Positions 55,495 to 64,000 of a DNA stretch of 64,000 nucleotides are shown here, in pieces. A model generated the notes under the pieces. That model saw only the letters and a list, made by a program, of their open reading frames with translations, ran no database searches and had not been told where the DNA came from. The DNA is taken from NCBI RefSeq assembly GCF_009914755.1, contig NC_060931.1; one strand, written 5' to 3'. The DNA comes from the human T2T-CHM13v2.0 reference genome, Homo sapiens. Position 1 is the stretch's first letter, and every line of letters starts with the position of its first letter. The position numbers and the translations under genes were made by a program.

Positions 55495-56800
55495 TTTAAA
55501 AAAAATTAAACAGCTTTGTTGAAGTATAATTTTCATATCATAAAATTACCTCACTGTAAGTGTGCAATTTAGTTATAATAGTCATTTATAGAGCTGTGCA
55601 ACTATCTCTGAAATTCAGTTTCAGAACATTTCTGTAATCTCCAAATGTTTTCTCATGCAGGCTTGCAGGTCTTCCTTGCTCCCATCCCCAGCAACCACCA
55701 ATCTCCTTTTTGTCTTAACAAATGTGGCTGTGCTAGGCAATTTATGTAAACGGAATCATAGAATATGTACCGTCTGTGTCTGTGTTCTCTCACTTAGTAT
55801 AATGTTTGTAGACTCATCTGTGCTCTAGCATGTATTCTTTTATTTACTGAATAGTTTTCCATTTAGTGGACATACTACACTTTTATCTATCTCTTCAACT
55901 GTTGATGGATATTCAGATTGTTTTCAGTTTTAAGGTGTTACTAATAATGATGTTGTGAAAATACATGCATATTTTCATACAGACGTGTTTTCAGTTCTGT
56001 TGGATAAATTCCTGAGAGTCTAATTGCTGGTTATATGATAAGTTTATGTTTCATGTTTTAAGAAAATGCCAGCCTGTTTTCAGAGTGGCTGTATCATTTT
56101 ATATTCCCATCAGCACTGTATAAGTGTTCTTAGTCCTCTATATTTTGTCAATAATTGGTACTGTCTGTCTTTTAAAATTATAGCTAATCTTAGTGGATGT
56201 TCAATGTTACTTCATCTTGTTTCAATTTTGTCTTCTAATGACTAATAATGTTAAGCATCTATACGCTTATTTACCATTCCTATATTTTCCATGATGAAAT
56301 ATCTGTTCAAATTTTGTGTCCATTTGTAATTGAGGTGTTTGTTTTTATTAAAAGATATGAGTTATTTGCAATCCCTTTAGTAAATACATGATTTACAGAT
56401 TTTTATTCCAGTTTGTGGCTTGTCTTTCATTTTCTTAATGATGTCTTTTGAAGGACAAAGTTTTAAGTTTTTTGGTTCAATTTGTCCATCTGTCCTTTTT
56501 AGAAATAATGTTTTTGGTGTTCTATTTACAAACTTTGTGCTCAAAACAAAGTAATAAAGATTTTTCTTCTGTTTTCTTCTAAAAGTTTAAAATTTTAACA
56601 CTTAAATTTATTTTTATAATGAATGTTGAATTAATTTTTGTATATAATATGAGGTAGAGATCTATGTTTATTATTTTGTTCTGGATATTCAATTGTTCTC
56701 ACACTATTTATTTGTGAAAAAACAAACAAACAAACAAAAAACACTATTCTTTACCCATTAAATTTCCTTGGAATCTTTGCCAAAAGCCAAATAACCATAA
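55495..56800 (-). mobile_element. L1MB-type 3' region
   Basis: aacagctttgttgaagtataatt...ggaatcatagaatatgta...ttaagaaaatgccagcctgttttcagagtggctgtatcattttatattccc. Confidence 0.8.
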
Positions 56801-57199
56801 AAGTTCTCTTTATACTTTTTTAAAATAATTATTAAAACTAATTGCAGCATGTAACACTGATTACTGCTAAATTTTATCAAAATTGAATCAGTTGTTTAAG
56901 AATTAAAAGTTGAACAAATTAGAAATAAAGCTTTTTGAAAATACTTGGAATAAAATATTAACAAATTTTAAGGACACATTTATCTTCAAAAATGAATAAA
57001 GTATATATGGGGGATTTTGAAGTACACAGAAAAGCTTTCCAATGATAAATTATCCATAGATATTGTTATACCATTACAGTAAGTATAAACTTGAAATATG
57101 TTCTTAGACAGAAATCTCAGGAAGCTAACAAAGGTTGGGGAACAGAATATTCCCCTTAAAAACAATAAGTCAAGTCCACACAGAAAGTAAAGCAGTTAA

Positions 57200-57533
<334 letters not shown>

Positions 57534-57939
57534 TTACAGGCCGTATGTGGAATCGGTTTATGGCATCTGCCCAGTACATGCCTGATGGGTGAATCAGGCA
57601 GTGATTGGTCATGGGGCCAAATATCAGAGCCAAGAGAAGAAAGCACAACTCAGTAATAAGTGGACAAGAAATGTGATAAAAGGGTCAGTTGAGACAAAAA
57701 CTCAGTATTAAAGACCAAAGCTAAACAGTTATTCTCAATTAGGCTTTCCTGAATTTTGAGATTAAAGAAGCAAGAATAGTTTTTGCAAAATATGAAAGAA
57801 TCCTATTGAATAATATTTTGCTATAGTCTAATCCTAAAATAGGACATAGAAACATTTTTTTCTTGAGTGCCTACCATATGTTGGTACTGTTCTGAGTGTT
57901 TTCATGCAGATTTCCTTCATCTGTTTTTAGATACCATAT

Positions 57940-58340
57940 TGTGTTCGTCCATTTTGTGTTGCCATAAAGGAATACCTGATGCTGTGTAATTTATAAAGAA
58001 AAGAAGTTTATTTGGCTCAAGCCTTTTCAGGCTATGCAATCATGGTGCCAGCATCTGCTAGTGAGTTCTCAGGAAGCCAACAATCATGGGGGAAGGTAAA
58101 AGGGGAGAAGGCATGTCACATGATGAAAGAGGGAGAAAGAGAGAGGAGGAGGCTCCTTTTAACAACCAGCTTTTATGTGAATAATAGAGTGAGAACTCAC
58201 TCATTACCATGGGTAGAGCATCAAACCATTCATGAGGGATCCATACCCATGACCTAAACACCCCACCAGGCCCCACCTCCAACATTGAGGTTCACATTTC
58301 AACATGAGATTTGGAGGGGACAAACATGCAAACTATATAT
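57940..58340 (-). mobile_element. MSTB-like MaLR solo LTR
   Basis: gtccattttgtgttgccataaaggaatacctga...gagtgagaactcactcattacc...ccaggccccacctccaacattg...ggacaaacat. Confidence 0.85.
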
Positions 58341-59913
58341 GAATAATAATTTTTAAAAAAAGTGAAAGAAAATTGCTCAAGGCACAAAGGACCTGAGTCC
58401 AGATTTAAGAACAATCTTCTTTCCTTTTATTTATTTCAGCCTGAAAACTAAAAAAAAAGTAAGATTTTTTTGCACTTTCCTCTAACTTTCAAAGTTTACA
58501 CACCCAGCCCCTGTGAAATTAAAGAATGATCCATCAAAATGTGATGACACTTAAGATGCATTGACTGTAATTTTCGCCAGTAGTCCACCACTATAACTCC
58601 CATTTAAAGAACATGGTCTCAGGCCTTGTGTGCATGAAGTTCACATGGGAAAAATTTTAAACACGTGTTCCTGGTGAGTTTAATAACCAACAATTCTGGT
58701 TTAATAGATCAGGGATGGGACCCCATGTAAGTGGTTAAATAAATTTTTTATAACAAAGAAAAAAAAAGTAGTGATTTATGCATGTGGTCCCAGATGAAAT
58801 TTTGAAATTTTTCTCTGTGCTTCATGTTTATTTTACATGTGGGTAATGGAATATATTATGAATTGTTTCAAGGATTTAGATATCGTAGGTCTGGTTGCAG
58901 CTATCACAGGTAATGTTAATGGAAATCCAGACAATTAGACGATGATAACCACAGCTAAGTCTCAGGAAAAACAGGTCAGATTAGACAACCACTCACTGCG
59001 GGGAGCCCAGATATGCATCTAGTCTGATTACCCACTGGGGAAGAAAGAGTTAAAGCAGTTAGCTTTTCATCCATTTCTTCCCTGAAAAGTAGACTAATGA
59101 TCTAGTCTTACTCTTTGTAAACATAAGTTGATAATTTGACCTCTTGGCAATAAGAGAAATGATAGTTAATTAAAGGAAAATCATTATCTAGAATGCTAAT
59201 GGTTGGGTGTCCCTGTTTTAGCATTGTTTATAGAAACCAACAATCTGTGGGTTTTAGAGGGCTGACTCTCCAAAAAATGTCATATAAGATCTATAACTCT
59301 CTGGCTCTATAAAATGGAGATGCTTCCTATTACAAATACTCATCACTCTGTGAGGTGACCCACAAATCTCTGTTAGAGACCTCATTTCAGCCTGGGACAG
59401 AGAGCCTGTGTCCAATGTGAGGAAGGAAAGATTTAGAGAGCCACATGGAATGCCCCCAGTTTTCTAGGCTTTGCTTTTGTTCTTGATTGTCTGGGTCCTT
59501 GAAACTATTAGTAAAGCTTGATTCTGGGCAAGATCTCTGATTAATTTGATTTGATTTGACAACCCAATCATTTATGTTAGATCAATTAGTCTTCATAATG
59601 TTGTCAGAGATGGTCTCATTGGTTAAAACATTCCACCACAGTACCCTGTAACACACTGATTTACCCATTAATTAAATGATATCATGGAAGCATGAAAACT
59701 CACTACAGTTCCAAACTTTCTTGGACTAGTCAAAGGACATAGTTGGTATGCTTATACAAGCTAGGTCCTTAAGCACAATTGTTCATTGTAAGAAAAGAAA
59801 CCAAAATTATAGTTTTGATGTTATAATACAGATTTAAAACTTAAATATTTTGAATATTTTACTTCTAACATATTTACAATGGTAAAAAAATAATATTTTT
59901 CAGTTGTGGTTAA

Positions 59914-60274
59914 TGTTAGGCCTCTGAGTCCAAGCCTGCTCATATACTTCCAGATGGCCTCAAGCAATGGAAGAATCACAAGTGAAAATGGCGAGTTCCT
60001 GCCTCAACAGATGACATTACATTGTGAAATTCCTTCTCCTGGCTCAGAGGCTCCCCAACTGAGCACCTTGTGACCCCCCGCCCCTGCCTGCAAGAGAACA
60101 ACCCCCTTTGACTCGTTTTCCACTACCTACCCAAATCCTATAAAACTGCCCCACCCCTAACTCCCTTTGCTAACTCTCTTTTGGGACTCAGTCCACCTGC
60201 ACCCAGGTGATTAAAAAGCTTTATTGCTCACACAAAGCCTGATTGGTGGTCTCTTCACAGGGATGCTCATGACA
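59914..60274 (+). mobile_element. HERV-H (LTR7-family) solo LTR
   Basis: tgttaggcctctgagtccaagc...cccaaatcctataaaactgccccaccc...gcacccaggtgattaaaaagctttattgctcacacaaagcctg...gaca, with a perfect 5-bp TSD gttaa at 59909-59913 and 60275-60279. Confidence 0.93.
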
Positions 60275-61007
60275 GTTAATACAAAAATAGATACTCCAAA
60301 AAAAGTGTTGGAGGAATAAAATTACTTTATAATTATCCGGCTTGTCAATGTTGTGCAAAGCTGCACTCCACATGGTGGGTACTATATATATACAGTTTTA
60401 ATTATTTTACATTTAGTACTTGCTTGACCTTGGACAACTCTCTTAATCTGTTTGAGTCAGTTTTTTGATCTGTAAAATGAAAAACATGAAGGACCAGAGG
60501 AAGTGGAAAACAAGAATGAAAGAGATAAGGAAAGAGAAAGAGGAAGAATGAAGGATGAAGAAGAGGAGGAGGATTAAATAAGGGAAAGAAGAACGTATGT
60601 GACGGCACTTAGAATAGACTCTGACACCTTATAAGTGCTATGTAAATGTTAACATAATTTTTAATTTTAAAAAATTTTTAGCTACATACTATTTTTAGAC
60701 AAAAATTTAAAAATTTTTAGGCATAGTTCTACATATTTATGGAGAACAGTATTCTACATATGTATGTACATGTAAGTATACATATATAAATATATATATA
60801 TATTTAAATCAATGTGTTTTATCCCTTTTTTTTTTTCAGAAAACAAGCATACAAATATCTACATGCAGTACCATGGGTATTCTAAAGTTCATCCTTTACC
60901 GAATTATTGGAAAAGACTGTATGTAACATTTCTTAATAAATGTATAAATAACTGTCTTATAAATGCCTAGATTGTTAAAATATAGGAAGATAGAAGTTTG
61001 CTGACAG

Positions 61008-61690
61008 TGTTGGAAAATAATTAAAAGCAAAATATCCTGCTATCTCAGAAAGTCTCTCCATAAATGAAGCAGAGTTTTGCTATTGAATAAACATTAAAGA
61101 AGGTAGTAATGCCCATCACAGGCAGTTCCTAAAGGGAGCACAAAATCAGAAAGAAATCTGACCCTTTTATATAGCTAGGAAGATACAATCCAATACATAT
61201 ATTTTCACAGGATAAACAACTAGTACTCAAGTAAGAGGAGGTAACAGCACCATTTGCAATATACTGTTGATTCTAAATTCACCTAGTAATAGAAGTGGCT
61301 ATCTGTGTTAGTTAATTGCCTTTATCCAGAAGAAAAATGGAACTTCTTATATCTTCTTGACAAGCAGGTAGTTTTACAACTAGAAATCAAACACCTAAAT
61401 TAAAGTCTCACTCTCCTGCCTAGGAGGGGAGATAGAGGCACTAATGTCCTTGACATTTACATTTCAAAGAGATGGCTCCCAAGCCCCTGAGGAAAACATT
61501 TCTGGTTATAAAACTGGAGAGGGGCTTATTTAGCGTTTAAACAGGTTTACATACCACTCAACTGGACATGGAAAGGATTACAATTACCAGTTTCCTAAGG
61601 GAAATGCTCTAAGAAAAGAGGGGAGGTCTCTTTCTCCTTTTCACCAGGGAAATTTTCAAAATTTCTTTTCAGATTCTTATTTGCCCTTAT
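61008..61690 (-). mobile_element. Old ERV1 solo LTR (MER89/MER90-like)
   Basis: Reverse strand starts ..AAGGGCAAATAAG and contains CTTTTCTTAGAGCATTT...GGAGCCATCTCTTTGAAATGTAAA; family assignment is uncertain. Confidence 0.6.
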
Positions 61691-62522
61691 GGTAGCATAG
61701 GCTTCTGACAAAAATGAGATTTTATTAGCGTTTAGAATAAAACAGATGTTCTACAAATGAGGTTGTTGCTGGTTTAATATTTCCTCACATTCATTTACTT
61801 ATTCTTCCCAGCTTTTGATTCCACAAGGGCTTGTTAATAAATCTCCAGGGAGCTGTTTGCCTGTGTCACCAAAAGTCTATAGAATATTCTGTGATTAACA
61901 AAAACAGACACACAGAAATCTTCTGAATAGAAATTCAGAATCCTAGCTTGTCCCTTCTTTTAAGATATTTTAGATGTTGCTAAGCATGAAGGCTATGGGC
62001 TTATCACCACTTCATGTTTTGTTTTTGATATGAAATAACTCTCTTTTACAAAATTATACATTTCTAAAAAATGGGTCCAATGGAAGAGATTAGATTGATG
62101 TGACACAACTGGAGTTTTTAAAAAATGAGCAGAGAGACTGTTCCAATGTCAACATTAACAGTGGTGTCCTGATCATTTCCCCTGTTAATGTTAAAATGAA
62201 CATTAATTTCTTCCTTCATTATATACCAGCATTTCTATCATTTGCCAGAGAATAGTAATCGCTGGCTTCATAGAAGGCTGTAGGAAGAGTAAGTGCTCTC
62301 CACAAGTCCAGTCTGGTTGCTCTGAGTATTCACAGACAAATGAAGTCCAACTGCTTATTCTCACTGTGCAATAACAAGATGCAGACAAACTGGGAAAGAA
62401 AGGAGTTTATGTCTGCAATGGTTACAGGGAGAAGGTTGGAGTAACTCACCAGACCAACTAAAACTTACAACTTTTTTTTTTAGCTTATATATACAATTCA
62501 GGTTTATGCCTATGTGCCGGAG

Positions 62523-62818
62523 TCTTTCTTTTCTTTCTTTTCTTTCTCTCTTTCTCCTTCCTTCCTTCCTTCCTCTCTTTCTTTCTCTCCCTCCCTCTCT
62601 CCCTCCCTCCTTCGTTCCTTCCTTCCTTCTTCCTTTCTTCCTTTCTCTCTCTCTCACTTTCTCTCTCTTTCTTTCCTTTTTCCTTCCTTTCTTCCTTTCT
62701 TTCTTTCTTTTTCTCTCTCTCTCTCCCCCTCCCTCCCTCCATCCCTCCCTTCCTTCCTTCCCTCTTTCTTCCTTTCTTCCTTTCTTTCTCTCTCTCACTT
62801 TCTCTTTCTTTCTTTTTG
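62523..62818. repeat. Compound polypyrimidine microsatellite (CTTT/CCTT/CT)n, an expanded Alu tail
   Basis: ~300 nt almost purely C/T, directly adjoining the reverse Alu and inside its TSD. Confidence 0.92.
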
Positions 62819-63096
<278 letters not shown>

Positions 63097-64000
63097 TAAA
63101 GGTCTGCATGTAGGAAGGTTTTTTAGATTTGTTCTTGGACTAGATTAAAGAGGTTGAGAAAGTCCAGGTGTGGTTTTAATGGGTTTGTTTTTGCATTCCA
63201 GCCCTTGTACTCAGGCACCAATTTCTCCAGTTCTTTAATATTTATCTTATACGTTCATTATTACAGCAAAGGGTTTACGCAGACTTACCTGCTTGTGGAG
63301 CTCTAGCCTGCCACAAGAGGACTGAGCCCAGAAAGAGTACCTTTGCCAAAGGACAGGGCCCCTGAAGGCCTCTCCCAAAGGTGATGCCTCATATAGATAC
63401 TGAAGAGTAATTTGCCAAGTGGGAAAGCAGGATAAGGCATTTCAGTCAAACCAAAGTTATAAAGACTTGAAAAAAGATATTTATTTGGAAATAAGTATTT
63501 GTGTGTATATTTGTGTATGTGTGTATGTGTGTGGTGGTGGTAGTGATTATTTAGTGTGTTAGAGGAGAAGTGTCAAGAAAATGGCTAGAATGTGAGTCAA
63601 GAGCTATGTCCTCCTGACCTTAAGCAATAGTATGCTATGTAAGGCATTTTGCATTTCATCCTGAAGAAGGTTCTGACAGATTTCAGCAGAGATGGAAAAT
63701 CATTAGTTGCATTGTTGTAATAAAATCTTCTCTTTTAACAGCTTGAGATAGGTAGAGGAGGCAGCACCAAAGAAGTTGTGCAATACGAGGCCGGCAGGAT
63801 GGCAGGGCTTGTGCCACCAGCAGATTCAATGGAGGGAGGAATTTAGAGGAGCTTGTCAAAGATGAGAGGTTGAAGGACATCACATTTGAGAATTAGGTCT
63901 TATAGTTGTGAATTTAGCCTTAATCAAGCAAATTTGTAGCTGATTGCTGTTAAAACTTGCACTACTGAATGTAGGATTCCTTCGGTGTTTCTTATCTGTT

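Overview
Primate (human/great-ape-like) genomic DNA. It is AT-rich and repeat-dense (L1PA, Alu, MIR, L2, MaLR, ERV1, HERV-H and HML-3 LTRs, Tigger/Charlie fossils), and I could not support any spliced host gene. The only credible protein-coding unit is an intronless CDC14B retrocopy with an intact 447-codon ORF (ATG 43543 to TGA 44886). It matches the hominoid retrogene CDC14C/CDC14Bretro, which with the GDI2 pseudogene points to the human 7p12 region. In this copy the parental start codon is dead (ATG>AGG plus a 1-nt deletion) and a new ATG has arisen about 30 codons downstream. The catalytic HCKAGLGR motif is intact and the protein ends in a membrane-anchor-like tail. It carries its own CpG-rich leader with a uORF, an antisense MER9 solo LTR in the 3' UTR, and no visible poly(A) or 3' TSD. 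About 20 kb upstream is a dead GDI2 processed pseudogene whose target site was reused by an Alu (three copies of one TSD). Other notable structures are a twin-primed inverted L1, an Alu with an inverted left arm that forms a near-palindrome, and a 5.5-kb non-autonomous ERV1 provirus with mosaic gag/env relics nested in a MER44. Repeat subfamily names and comparisons with parental genes come from recalled consensus sequences and need RepeatMasker/BLAST confirmation.
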